Positions 1-61,385 of a stretch of 64,000 nucleotides of DNA are shown here, in pieces. Position 1 is the stretch's first letter. Every line of letters begins with the position of its first letter. Source of the DNA: Chrysomallon squamiferum (Eukaryota; Animalia; Mollusca); the NCBI GenBank assembly GCA_012295275.1, contig CM022672.1, positions 25,668,001 to 25,732,000 on the forward strand, given 5' to 3'. Both the position numbers and the translations under genes were made by a program. A model generated the notes under the pieces. The model was not told where the DNA came from, searched no databases, and worked only from the letters and a program-made list of their open reading frames with translations.

Positions 1-40
1 AAAAGCAAGATTAAGACTTACAAGACATTGTGTATATAGA

Positions 41-210
41 GAATAATAATAATGAATAGAGTAAAATAAAATGAATAATTACACAATACAGTAATAATAA
101 TAATGAATAGAGTAAAATAAAATGAATAATTACACAATACAGTAATAATAATAATAATAATAGTAAAATAAAATGAATAATTACACAATACAGTAATAAT
201 AATAATAATA
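41..210. repeat. About 50-bp tandem repeat, 3 copies
   Basis: AGTAAAATAAAATGAATAATTACACAATACAGTAATAAT repeated. Confidence 0.8.
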
Positions 211-725
211 GATTACAGATATTTCTAACTTCACTTGACTTGAATTAATATCAAACTAAAGTTAATTAAAATACTTGTCTACTTTCCAACACATATAAAT
301 ATATAGAGTCAAAAAGCCAGTGTATATTCAAAATGACCAATATAAAATAACATTATTAAAAATTGTCAGTAACAAATATTCTGCATTCTCAGAGATAATA
401 AATCAAACATGAAATGTAAAATTTGAGAGATTAAACTCCTACTTTTATTAAAAAATTAAATATATAAATAAATAAAAATATTATATAATAAAATAACACT
501 TTTAAAAAGAGCCATATGATTTAAAAGAATAGAAAGTCTTTAAAGAGAGAGAGAGAGATATAAAGAGATCTTTAAAAAATATAATGATTAACAATTTTAT
601 TTTAATTATTATTATTTGTTTTGAATAAATATTAATAATTTATCACATTGTTGATGATGTGTGTTGAAAAAGGCATCTTGTTGAAGATATCTTTACAAAT
701 GCAGTTCAAGGCACTGGGGCATTAC

Positions 726-48430
<47,705 letters not shown>

Positions 48431-48508
48431 TTTTCAGTTAAAAATATCGGTCTCACTGGAAAATGAATAATGAAGGTTGATTAAACCAAACCAAATTTAA
48501 AAAATATA

Positions 48509-48730
48509 AGATATCTGTATCTATCTATATCTAGATATCTGTATCTATCTATATCTAGATATCTGTATCTATCTATATCTAGATATCTGTATCTATCTAT
48601 ATCTATATATCTGTATATATATCTATATCTATATATATATCTATATCTATCTATATATTTATAATCTATATCTATCTGTTTCTATCTATCTGTCTATCTA
48701 TCTATATATCTGTCATCTATCTATCTATAT
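48509..48730. repeat. 24-bp tandem repeat decaying into (TATC)n
   Basis: GATATCTGTATCTATCTATATCTA about 4 copies. Confidence 0.9.
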
Positions 48731-49179
48731 AGGTATATATATGTGTGTGTGTGTGTGTGGATAGCTAGATAGATAAATAATTATCTCTAAAATATATACA
48801 ATTTCAACTTCAATAAAAAATAAATAAATATTTGTTTCTCTTCAAAAAATATCCAACAAAATTAATAGATAATTTTCGTTTTTTTAAATTGATATATTCC
48901 TCTGTCTGTCTTTCTATTCATCTGTTCATCTGCACATATAATTTAGCATCATGTTTATAGACCATATAAGGAATAAATTTATGGTTAAGGGAATATTTCA
49001 TTTACAAAACAAAAATGATAACATGTACACTGCCACTGTGTGATGTGCTGGTGATAATGAACCGAGCTAACACATTTATCTGGCCCAGATGATGCCAGCC
49101 CTGATCATAGATGACCATTGTGACAGTTGCAGTTTTCCCTTACTCGTGTCTTTAAAACAATATCAACTTATGATAACTA

Positions 49180-49230
<51 letters not shown>

Positions 49231-49347
49231 GTAGTAGTACTAGTAGTAGTAGTATCTGCAGTTCTAATAGTATCGAATCAATTTAAATATTTAATTATAT
49301 ATTTTAAAAATCTTTCCTGCAATTTGTAACTACGAACTCACCTATAA

Positions 49348-49378
<31 letters not shown>

Positions 49379-49659
49379 AGCACAAATAAATTAAATGTAT
49401 TCAGCCAGAACAATAAAATAAAATAAACTGTCACAATATCAATCTATAGGGAAACCTGAAATAAAAATACGAAAATGAAGCATCAACGAAAATAGTGTAT
49501 TCAAAAATATCGCAAGTTATAACCTGTTGCCAGGTACGCGAAATTGAAAGTGATCAAACAAAATGTGATCTGAAAGTGCCTAATATTCCCAGCATAATAT
49601 TTTATATATCACAAAAATAATTAAAATGTTACTTAAGCACACACCTATTTTAATCTTAC

Positions 49660-49740
49660 ATGCCTGACATATTTTTCTCTGTCGGTGTTCTTTGAAGTTT
49701 TCACTTGAATCGACAACAAGACGCCATTTTCAAATTACCA
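49660..49740 (-). other. CNTRL: Putative non-coding first exon of CNTRL (5' end approximate)
   Basis: CpG-containing segment with a YY1-type AAAATGGCG motif, ending at donor AT|GTAAGA (intron starts 49659); next acceptor ttttccag| at 48455. Confidence 0.55.
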
Positions 49741-50100
49741 CCAATAACTGCAAATCTTTGTTTTTAATTATTTATTATTTCAAAATTAATTTATTTAAAA
49801 CACCTTTTAAAATATCAAATTCTTCATGAAATGTACAATGTATTCGTGCATTATAAATATTTTTGTAATTAATGTATTTTAATCATTGAAACTAATCAAA
49901 GACCAAACGACATTTTTTTGGTGCGTGATAAACGGAAGTAGACAAGTGTCATCTGCTCGTGTTTTGACTTTAATGATGGACTAGTATTTATTTGATGGTC
50001 TGTTCGTTTTAATTCGCATTCTGTGTTATTAATTATCCTCTTTCAGGTTCGAATTAGGAGAGTATAGGAAACAAAATATATTTGACAACATTGTAACGTT
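49660..50100. promoter_or_regulatory. Bidirectional promoter CNTRL / HDHD3
   Basis: Divergent genes; local CpG enrichment; YY1-like CGCCATTTT (49722-49730) and ETS-like ACGGAAGT (49932-49939). Confidence 0.7.
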
Positions 50101-50317
50101 GTTATATACTGTATAAACCATAATCAACATTTAATTTACTAGTGAAAATTAACAAGTTTAAAAGTTATACAACATTAACTTATTAAGTTACAAGTTGAGA
50201 AAACCATGTTATGGAAGTTTGATATAAAGTCTTTTAGATAAAGTCTAATTAATATTACTTTATTAAGTTGATTATACATTTGATTTTAATATTATTATTA
50301 GGGTTTGTTCCGTTAAG

Positions 50318-51073
50318 ATGGCCAAAATTATAAAACTGGTGACTCTGGACGTCACAAATACACTTTTAAGAATTGTGCGAAGTCCTGGTTACCACTACAA
50401 ATCAGTGGGAGAAATATATGGCATCAAGGCATCAGAAAATGAATTAAATGTTGTCTGGAAGGAAAAATATAAAGAATATTGCCAGAAATATCCTAACTTT
50501 GGGGCAGCAGTTGACATGACTGATTACAAATGGTGGACCGATCTTATCAAAGAGTGCTTCCTGTCACTTAATGCAACCAGTGAGGTGGAAACTTTGAATC
50601 AGATAGCCAATCATCTTTATCTACATTTCAGTACAGGTAAACCATGGGAGAAGATTCCAAACTCAGAAGAAGCACTTCAGAAAATTAGAAATTCTGGGGT
50701 GAAAGTAGGTGTCATATCAAACTTTGACCAAAGACTTCAGAAGATTCTTGAAAGTACTGCCCTTGAACATTATTTTGATTTCATATTAACATCTTATTCA
50801 GCTGGAATTGAAAAACCAAATACCAGGATTTTCCATAAGGCATCTGAAATTGCCTGTGTGGAACCTGCATATACTATTCATGTAGGAGATGATTATGTTA
50901 AAGATTTTCTTGGTGCTAGTTCAGCTGGATTTGAGGCCTATCTCTTAGTCAGAGATGGCAGTAATAGTAAGAAAGATGTTGAAAAACAATTCATAATTAA
51001 AGATCTGGTTGATTTGTATGAAAAAATTAAAACCAGACTTCCATCTCAAAAAGACAGTTTAGGAAACCATTAA
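50318..51073 (+). CDS. HDHD3: Haloacid dehalogenase-like hydrolase domain-containing protein 3 (REG-2-like), 251 aa, CDS without introns
   Basis: HAD motifs: I LDVTNTL, II ISNFD, III EKP, IV HVGDD..KD; YPNFG and WW family motifs; probable 5' UTR intron acceptor at 50301. Confidence 0.92.
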   Translation: MAKIIKLVTLDVTNTLLRIVRSPGYHYKSVGEIYGIKASENELNVVWKEKYKEYCQKYPNFGAAVDMTDYKWWTDLIKECFLSLNATSEVETLNQIANHLYLHFSTGKPWEKIPNSEEALQKIRNSGVKVGVISNFDQRLQKILESTALEHYFDFILTSYSAGIEKPNTRIFHKASEIACVEPAYTIHVGDDYVKDFLGASSAGFEAYLLVRDGSNSKKDVEKQFIIKDLVDLYEKIKTRLPSQKDSLGNH

Positions 51074-53036
51074 ATCAACATATATATATATGTATGTATG
51101 TAGGTATGTATGTGTGTGTGTGTGTACATATATATATATATATATAAGTTAAGACAATAATTATCATGGACTAAAAGTTAAGGTGTCTTAGATATTATAG
51201 CATTTTAAGTTAAAATTGTAGTTAAAAATAATATATGACAAATATTTGGCACTGGATATATTTGGTAGATGTAATTATATTAATGTGTAACAGGATTGCA
51301 ATTGATTTGTAGGAATTATTTGTTCTTCATATTACATTTGTTTGGATGCTTTTTAAAAATAATTATTATTTCCTAATTTTATTTCCAATCCACATCACAG
51401 TAAACTTGATTTCTTTTCTTCTGTGTATGCATATCTTGCATGAACTTTGTATCATTTTGTTGTAAGCAATATCACTGTCACATAGCTATGAATACATTGT
51501 ACATTTCATGAACAATTACATATTATACTGTTGTAATATAATAACATAATTATTTGGGAGTCTGAATATTTTGTTTACCTTATTGTGTGTGTGTGTGAGA
51601 GATGCTATGAAAGACAAATATGTCTTTTTCCACTAATAGTTTTATTCTTAGCATTTGTAAATCTGTTAAATAAAGGATGTTTTCTAGTGTAAACTCTAGC
51701 CTCAAACTTTCTAAATTTTAAAATATGGTAAAAACCAGTAAAGAAACCAAAAACCTTTCTACTGGTTATACAAGTAGAAAATTACAAATTTGGAAATAGT
51801 TTAATATTTTACTCGTATCATTCTAACACTTGAATTTTTTTACTTTCTGAATAATTTAAACAAAAAAAATTTGAAAATATATCTTTAGCTTTTCTGAAAG
51901 TGAGTCACATACATCATCCATGATCTTTTTATTTGTCCTTCTGTAAAATCACTTCAGATAAATAAATAAATATTAATTTGACAACACTCTATTATTAGTG
52001 AATCCGATGTTTTGTTTTTGTTATTGTGTGTGTCTGTGAGAGAGAGATGCTATGAAAGACAAACATGTCTTTTGCCACTACATGGTCAATTTGTAACAAA
52101 GTATCTTTTCACAGCTATTAGTGCACCTACGAGTCACTGACTAAAAAGTGAAATAGATTAGTTACATTGTGTGGATTGTTCCTGTGACCTGATGTGCCTC
52201 GACTACCAAACTACAACTTGGATATCACTGTTTACAGACACAAGACAAAAACACTTTCATGTATCATTTATTTCTGTAAAGTAATAATAATTCTTTTCTT
52301 TTCATCATTTGGTAATCTTCAAGATGTGGTTTCTTAATTTGCGTAAGAAGCTTTACTCTGAATTTAGCTTCAGTTTGTTCTTTTCATATTGGAATAAATA
52401 TTTAAAAAAAAAAACGTAAAATATTACATGTTTTTTTCAGTTTGAGGGATGAACCAGTTTTTGCTTTTTGTAGTGACTAACATTTTGTTTATTTAAATCA
52501 AGGGAGAAAAAGTAGTTTTGGAAAAGCACATTTTATTTTTATTTCTAGATGTTGTATTATATCTACATATAACTTTTACCACCAGTTTCTCATTTTTTGT
52601 GCCATTGTAGCTGAAATTATACAAATAAACAAAACTGATCAGATGTAAAAAAAACAAATAACAAAAACAAAACCAAAACAATTCTTATTCTCCTCATCCA
52701 ACAATGAATCTGCTTTTCATGCTGGTCATAAAATGTTTATTCTACTCCCTTCCCTTGATGTAAAATATACATGAATGTCAGCTGCTACAAATTTGACATA
52801 ACCTTTTCTTAATAACTTGTTCCAACATGAAAAAATAAATCATAGCAAAATTTCCAGAAATAAATCTGATTTGAATTCATGTACAATGCCTTGAAATTAC
52901 CTATCATATTTTTTTTTCATTTTTTCATTTTTTTTTCTTCCATTAACAGGATTCAATTAAAAAAAAATTTAAGATTTTTTTTTTTTCTTTCTTTCATTTC
53001 AAATCTTCTGGCAGTTCTGAACCTTTAGGTTAAAAT

Positions 53037-53248
53037 TTAAAAACCACTTCGACATCGTCTGGAAACATGCCAGGTCCCACTCGAGGGTTTGAGCCAGTGA
53101 AAACAGGGAGGTGAACATTTTGATCCGCATGATGTTTCACAGCATTTTTCAAGTCCACGACAGTCATAGTCACCCAGGCACTGAACTCCACAAATACTCT
53201 TCATTTGTGGCAGGTACCAAGGACAAGTTCCACCTTTCTTCCGCAGCC
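53037..53248 (-). CDS. WAP gene exon 5 (WAP domain 2 and stop)
   Basis: KGGTCP...CGVQCLGDYDCRGLEKCCETSCGSKC. Confidence 0.92.
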
Positions 53249-54346
53249 CTTTGAGTAAAATAAACAAATTATCATCATCATCATTATTAATATTTGTAAT
53301 TCTTACTGTTGTTACTGTTATCATTATTGTTACTGTTTCTGTTACCATTACTATTTTTGTTACTATTACTGCAATTTGTGTTGTTATTGTTGTTGTTAAA
53401 ATTATTATTATTTACCTTCTTTATTTACATGATTCACACACACACATTTATGCACACATGTATATGATGGCCATAAAAAAGTATTTATTGATTTAAACTA
53501 AAAGTTAAAAGATAAATGTATATATTAAATAATTCATAAATTTATACTAAAGAAGCTATAGTCTGTATTGAAGAAAATATGACTGCAATAACTGTTTTTA
53601 TTAGTTCTTTTGTGATGTATATGTATACATAATTAGAAATTTGACATGGCTGCTCAGAAAACAGAGCAAAGCACTGTTCGATTTAAAAGAAATTGGGTTG
53701 CTTAGACTGAACATTTAAACCTACATGCAGGAACTAATTAGAAATCTTTATGTATGCCTTCATATAGCTTAATCAGTCTGATAGATTAAGTAAAAAGATT
53801 AGTAACAATATTAACAGATTATATCTTCAGTCCATTCTCCTCTATTTTATATTATTTTTTTATTATTATTGTTATAATTATTTTATATGTTATTTAAATA
53901 AATTATGAATGTATCATTTATTAACAGTTACATCTGTATACATTCATAGTATGTGCATCAATGTATGTAGGCATATGTTTGTGAATTATACAATTATGTG
54001 TATTTGTACATATATACACACACACACATATATATATATATGAGGTACGTTTGTGTGTATGTTTGTATATAACTATTTTCAGACATGTGTATGTACTTCA
54101 GCTAATTGGTAGACTTTATTTTCACAAATAAACAGTCTAATGACAATTTCTGAAGATCTCGCCTCCCATTTCCCGAAATAATTACTGTAATACAAAATTT
54201 CATCAAAGTGATAGATTTTCTATAAATGTACATTGGAAAGTAAAGCATGAAACCACATATATCATATACATTTCTAAAGCCAGTTTTCTGATAATTAATT
54301 TCTGAAAGCTGGATGAATAGTGTGTGTTTGTTTGTGTGTATGTATG

Positions 54347-54380
<34 letters not shown>

Positions 54381-54412
54381 TGTATACATTATATGCATCT
54401 TTCTGGATATGA

Positions 54413-54447
<35 letters not shown>

Positions 54448-55188
54448 TCACCATTGCCGTCATACAGTCAATAGTCTCTGAAGCCAACTAATTGGGTTAC
54501 ATTATCTTCACAAATAAGAAATAGTCCCAATTAGAATTTTTGAAGACCTCACCTCACATTTTCTTAAATAATTACCCTAATGCTGTATCTCACCTAAGTG
54601 ACAGATTTTCTGTTAATGTCATATAAACAATTTACCCTGCAGACTGTAGAGAATTAATTGGTGCATATTTATCTCTGCAGTAAGAAAAGTAGTGTTATGT
54701 GAGATGATAATCAATGAATAAAACGTAAACAAACAGAAGGCGTTTCAGAAGATGCAAAATGTATCAGATTACAAATGTATAAAATTTAATGACTGTTAAC
54801 GGAGGAATGATTTTGCATAAACTGAAGGAAAGTTTGATTTCAAATATTTAAAAGTTTAACCCTATTCCAAACTGAATGGATAAAAAATAATCATTAGTGA
54901 TTTTAATACCCCATTCTGAAAGTAAAAAATGGTTTTCTGAAATATCCTGTGAATGTCAAAAGTATTTAATTGACATTTTTATCTTGCATCACCCATTATA
55001 AATTATAGGTCTTCAGAAACCACAAGGAATCAAAACTGTCATTCACTGACTGCAAACTGGATCTGAGGCATGTTAGATTACATCTTATTTCTCCTCCAGA
55101 TACAAATATATAGCTAGTGTCTGTAGAAGTTCATTGTGTTTTCCTTATTTATATATTTATTATTATATTTTGTTTTATTTTATTTTTA

Positions 55189-55219
<31 letters not shown>

Positions 55220-57927
55220 GACCTTATGGGAAGGTATATATGAAAGAACACTTTCTGCTAATCAATAAAAATATAAACTGATCAGTGTTTAACTGGGATG
55301 GAGCATTTGTGACCATGATACAGGAATTTATTTTAATATTTTAGAAATAATGAGAGAGGTAACAACTTAGGGAACATTCTTTACCAGTTAGCAGCAAAGA
55401 ACCTTTTCCATCGACAGTAAAACATTCCACAATCATCTGATAAACTGATGAGAACCACTTACTACGGTGGGGGAAATCTCCAGTGGGTGCACTAAGTATG
55501 ACGTAATCACCCAATTACAGATCATTTGGAAGATGTTCAGATTTTGTTTTTCTTTTGTTTTTGTTTTTTTTGTAGTTAGTTGTTTTTTGGTGTTTTGTTT
55601 GTTGATTTATTTTTTATATATTTTTGTTGTTGTTGTTGTTTAAATAATGAAAATAAATAAATTAGAAACGTACTTCTGTTGGTGGGTCTACAGATATGTC
55701 CGCAGCCATTAAAGCAGCACGTGCTTCCCGGCTCACAATCGTTGTCATAGCGACACTGTTCAATGCAAGGACCGTTTTGAGGCACTTGTGGACATACTCG
55801 TTCAGGAGGATGTGTAGGTGCCAAAACTTTAGCAACTGCATTCTTGACATATTTATTTTCCATATAATTTCGATTGGTGGTCCCTGTAGAAAATAAAAAA
55901 TAATAAGTAACCAGGCAATATAATATATCGGTGATATTAACTGATAAGTATTAGAGGACACATATACCAAAAATGCAACACAATGTAGGTTTTAGGTGAA
56001 TTAATTTTAAATGACACCCAAGGTACGATACCATTTTAGAATCATCCTGCTATTACTGTAGAATAGTTTACATACTGACGCATTTGTGCCTTGTAGTCTT
56101 GCCCATTTTCAGTAACTTAAAGAACTACAGAGAATGTAAATTAAAGTATTTTTATTTACATCTCTAAAGGTGAAAAAAGAAATGGTGAATTGGGGTATAG
56201 ATGACGATTGTTGTCTAATATTTCCAAAATGCATCTGAAGAGGGAGACTTCCTTTCATAATTTGTATGAAAAGAATACAAAGTCAAAAAAAAAAAAAAAA
56301 AAACGAAAAGACTTCTTATTTCAGTCAATACATCAAAAAAAATTAAAAAAGTATTATTTACCAATATATACTGAGAAAATGTTCTTGTTAAGCTGAGAAT
56401 AGATACCTATGAATTTCACATAAAATTAATTCGCTCGTACTGGAAACAAGAACTGTTTATAATATTAATCCAAAAGGATTACTAATAATAAATGGCATAA
56501 AACAAAGAATTTATTGGCTATGATTATCTAAGAGAGAGAGAGAGAGTAACAGACTCGTAAAACAATAGTACTTACTAATGCACTGTTGTAATATTGGGCA
56601 GTTGTGAAAGAAACAGATAGTTTTTCTTCTGACGCATATAGTATTGGGTGGACAAGGTGGCGTCTGAAACAGATACATAAAAACACATCACACTTATTTG
56701 TTTTAGCAAGGAATGATTAGTTATTACTCTTTTATCATTGTATGTAATGTTTTGTAATAGACACTTATACATAACTGAATACTACTACTACTACTAGTAC
56801 TACTAATAATAATAATAAATAAATAAATAAATAAATATCCCTAAGTTACGATCAGTTCTATATATGATAAACTGAATATTATATACATCTATTTTACTTA
56901 AATGAGATTGATGTAAAACAGAGATGTGTATATCACCTGATACAATTTTATATTTTTTATTTTATCTTATTTGTTTGTTTACATTAGCCAGTAGTTTTGT
57001 TGCACGTGATACAGCCAGCTGTTTCGATCCACAGAATTTATTTTTATCTTCAGAATATCTTTAGAAGTTACTCTTTTGCTATTTGAGTAATTCAGCAAAA
57101 TGAAATGCCGCTGAATAAAGTATGGCTGTTAAAGAACGAACTTGCAACTATATATTTTGTTTATTATTTGACTTACTTTAATGTATTATATGTATTTATT
57201 TATCAGTATATTATTATACATAATAATTATAAACAAATTAATCATAATCAACTTGGTAATTATTTTCAGCTAAATCAGAAAAATTGTTAACTGGGTGATT
57301 TATTATTAATGTTTTTCTTTTTTATATACTACTACTGACACTACTATTGCTAATAATAAAAACATAATATTAATATTGATGATGTTGATAATGAGAATGA
57401 TAATAGCAATAGTGATGACACTGACAATAATAATCTAAATAAAATATAAATTAATTTAATTGAAATCTGCTTAATGACGACTTTGGTAAATGTTATGAAA
57501 AATACTTACACATATTACTTCCTCTTGCTGGCTTCCTTTTACAAGTACAAAGCACTGAAAAATAAAAAAACATATATAAAAATAAAAATTATAATAAGTG
57601 GTAATATTAATTCATTTATATACGTATTTCATCATCATCATTATTATTATGTCTAAGTTTTCAAAAATTATTATAATGTTTACACAGTTTCAGAAATCAG
57701 TAGGAATAAAACAGAAAGAAAGATGAAAATAATTAAAAAATAATTATCTATTATTTATTTATTTATTTATAATAGAAGATGAATATTAAAAAAAATAAAA
57801 AATAAAAATGGAAGAATTTTTAAACATCCATTATGTTTAAATTCAGAGATCAAGAAAACTAAAAAGAAAACTAATTTCTTACCAAGACGACAGACGTTGA
57901 AATTAAGAACCAATTAAAAAACATCAT
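53037..57927 (-). CDS. Secreted Cys-rich protein with two WAP (four-disulfide core) domains, perlwapin-like, 199 aa, 5 coding exons
   Basis: Exons 57927-57883, 57554-57510, 56663-56576, 55883-55674, 53248-53037 join in phase (600 nt): signal peptide MMFFNWFLISTSVVLCFVLVKG, 6-Cys module, then two 8-Cys WAP patterns. Confidence 0.85.
55674..55883 (-). CDS. WAP gene exon 4 (WAP domain 1)
   Basis: CPQVPQNGPCIEQCRYDNDCEPGSTCCFNGCGHIC. Confidence 0.92.
56576..56663 (-). CDS. WAP gene exon 3 (Cys-rich module)
   Basis: TPPCPPNTICVRRKTICFFHNCPILQQCI; |GTAAGT, phase 1. Confidence 0.82.
57510..57554 (-). CDS. WAP gene exon 2
   Basis: CFVLVKGSQQEEVIC; ttttcag| and |GTAAGT. Confidence 0.75.
57883..57927 (-). 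CDS. WAP gene exon 1 (signal peptide)
   Basis: ATG; hydrophobic; |GTAAGA. Confidence 0.72.
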
Positions 57928-58939
57928 TCAGTTCCAAGTAACGCTTCTGTCGTGCTGTGTCAAACGTGTTCGACGAACAACTTTTAAAATAAGAATACAC
58001 ATCTTAATAGAGGTGATACTAGTAGTATAATGAGCAATGCTTGCAGCCTAATTAGCATCTTCTCAGCCAGTTGATCTCTTCGTTCTCGACACGTAACCAC
58101 GCCCTTGTTTTTCTCTCGTAACTATCGTTTATGCTTAACACCAACGTTATTAAAAAACTATATTAATCCGAGTTAGATAAAATAATGATCTGCTTTTTCG
58201 TCCAAAACGACGTAACTGCAAAACAGAAAATACTTTAATCGTCATTTTGTACACGAATGTGCGGAACGACTAACATAGCGAAACAGTATAGCGAAAACCT
58301 TTTGTAATAATAATAATAATAAAATTGCAAGCAAATGGTTTCCTTTGTTATTACAATAAGGAACTGGGGTTTTCTTTGTGGTTTTTTTGTTAGTTTTTTT
58401 TATTTATTTATTTATTTATTTATTTATTTTAAATTTAATTTAATACATAATACTAATCAAGTTCATAATATTCACAGAATGTTTTTGTTGTTTTTTCTTT
58501 GAACTTATCATTTGGACTGGGGACAGATGATATTGTTTAGATGAATGTACCTGTTGATCACACCAGTCAAGTGGCAAAGTTACAGTTTAACCTCCTGCTC
58601 TTTAAAGTTAGTCCATAGATATTTATTTATTTGTTTATTTTATTTTAATTTATTTTATTTTATTTTATTTTCATTTTCATTTTATTTTATTTTATTTTAT
58701 TTTATTTTTTATTTTTTTTTTTTTTTTCTTCTTCCTCTTCTTCCGATTATTTGACGTCACATTGGCACTTTTGCCATCAACAAGTAAGAACATTTACCAT
58801 TCCGTTAATCCATTGATTCTGGTTCAATTTTAGTTCATATCTTTAGAACAAAGGCGACAAGACTCTGTGATCCAAACCACGCAAATATCGGAAGGACAAT
58901 TAACGATAGTATTAAACCTCTTACTATTGATTCAGTGAC

Positions 58940-58991
<52 letters not shown>

Positions 58992-59225
58992 TGTCAGCAG
59001 CAAAGCGTTACAGATTGCACAAATGGTTAATGACTACTCTTTAAAACTGAAAGCATTATCACAGTGACTTTGGTTTCCTTGCCCTCATATTTAAAATACT
59101 ATACAGTTGGGTAACGTATTTGGAACAAAGGAGTACTGTTATTAGTACAAGACATTCTCAGGTATTTTTTATTTTATTTTGCTTCTTTTATTTTTTATTT
59201 TATTTTATATATATTTTGTTTTACT

Positions 59226-59274
<49 letters not shown>

Positions 59275-60204
59275 TTTGTTATTTATCACCGTTTTCTTTT
59301 TTCAAGTAACAGGTGTCGCTAAACGATTTGACATCCGGGTGACTCATGACGTAACTACGTAGAATATTTTACATCATTGTTTATACTTGTTTGAAACAAT
59401 AGTAATAAATATATTCTGTGATCAAACTATTTTACGTCTCTCTCTCTCTCTCACACACACACACAAATCTGTAGATTAACATAGTAAATTATGTTATCTG
59501 ACATGAAGTTTTACTGCAAACATTTTACTGCTGTAAATAAAAATAACGTTACAATGAAGTGATAATGAAGTTGATGGCGAAAAACAGATATTAGCTGTGA
59601 ATCTATATTAATAAAATAGTCACTTACATAATACATATTGATTGCTATGAAAAATGTTCTGGGAATAGATACCTGCTACTTACATGTAATGGACTATACA
59701 AACGAGTTAAATCTGAAGTATAATTTAACAACTCATTATTTCATAACTTGCAATACTTGGTAGTCACCAGCATACATAACATGCATATATAAATACACAC
59801 ATACTTTCACACATAGGTATGTACGAACGTACATACAAACATTCAAACATACATACATACTTATAATCATAATCATATATGTATTAATATACTAATAGCA
59901 TCTTTTCAAATTACTTATATATATTTTTGTTCATTATAATTATTATTTATTAGTACTATTTTGTTTGTTGCGGGCGTTGTGAACGCTTACGAAGAATGTA
60001 GCTTTGATCCCGGCTTTTCGTAGATTTTGATATGACTCTAAGGTTTCTTGTAAGCACTCTCATTAACTAGGAGATTATTAATTTTTAAAGAACTAATTCT
60101 TCTCTTGAGTTTGTTTATACGGTGCATATCCGTTTTCCACGATCCAAATGTAGAGTACTTAAAGCAGGATACGGTGTTGTTTGATACAGATTTCTAGAAC
60201 ATAA

Positions 60205-60606
60205 CACAATATAGCATAGCACTGCATAATACAGTATAGTATAAAACAGCTTAGCACTGTTTTGTACAATAGTGGGTAGTATAGCATAGTCAATATATAA
60301 CTGTATGCATCCTCATAATTTAGTATCATTTAATGTAGTATAGTATAGTATAGTATAGTATAGTGTAGTATCATTTAATTTAGTATAGTTAGCATAGTAT
60401 ATATAGTATAGTATAACATAGTATAACATAGTATAGCATAGAATGGCATAGTATAGCATAGTATGGCCTAGTATTGTGTAGTATAGCATAGTATAATTTG
60501 TATAGTGTAGTGTAGTGTAGTGTAGTGTAGTATTATACTGTATGAAATGGTATGGTATGTTATAACATAGTATGGCATAATACAATACAATACAGAATAG
60601 TATAGT
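60205..60606. repeat. (TAGTA/TAGCA/TAGTG)n pentanucleotide array
   Basis: Direct inspection. Confidence 0.9.
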
Positions 60607-61041
60607 AGCTTGTCAACTAAGTGATAATTATATTATTAGATATTACTATATCTACATTACAAACTCCTCTAAATTCAGAGTAAGCTACAAAAAGGCTGTG
60701 CTGTCATGTCTATGTAATCCATGAAATATGTTCTTTCTTCAGAATCATAACAGAAGCATACGACTAGTATTACAAAAGCATCATAAAAATAATCCATTGT
60801 AAACTTCAAATGTGGGAGAAGACCTTACTAGCGAAATGTTTTGAGTAACTGTATCGTGTAGGATAAACTCAAATTCAAATACTGGCAGGAATGACACATC
60901 AGTAATAATATACAATTTAAAACAGTGGACAGACGATTGTACCAAAATGACTTTCCTTTTCTTTAACATGCTAAACTTGAATTAAAATTTAAGATAAGAG
61001 ATATGATAAAATGATAGAAGACTTTATTTATTGAATCAAAA

Positions 61042-61385
61042 CAGAAGAGTTTAGCTGTTGTTTTAAAGATAGTCTTATTAGAGACAGAAGTTTAACTGTC
61101 ATATTAAAGATAGGAGAGTTCAACTATTGTATTATACAGAGAAGTTTAATTATTTTATTAAAGATAGAACCTTCACTGTTGTTTTAAAGGTATATCAGTT
61201 TAACTGTTGTATTAAAGACAGAAGTTTAACTTTTTTTTATTAAAGATAAATGTTTAACTGTTGTATTAAATAATTATATTACAGTTTAACTGTTGTGTTT
61301 GAGATAAAAAGTTTGATTGTTGTTTTAAATGAGAAGATTTTAATTACAGTGTTAAAGGTAGAAGAGCTTAACTGTTGTATTAAAT
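61042..61385. repeat. Minisatellite, about 27-bp unit, about 12 copies
   Basis: Consensus AGAAGTTTAACTGTTGTATTAAAGAT. Confidence 0.85.

Noticed and set aside
50318-51073. Intronless HAD hydrolase as a retrocopy or bacterial transfer
   Set aside because: Clear metazoan HDHD3 motifs, a probable 5' UTR intron and no poly-A or target-site duplication.
59975-60060. Minus-strand peptide LRKAGIKATFF resembling a polysaccharide deacetylase motif
   Set aside because: Short, bounded by stops, no other NodB motifs or linked exons; lies in an imperfect inverted repeat more like a decayed MITE.
61042-61385. Regularly spaced repeats as a CRISPR-like array
   Set aside because: Eukaryotic context, degenerate head-to-tail units, no unique spacers, no cas genes.
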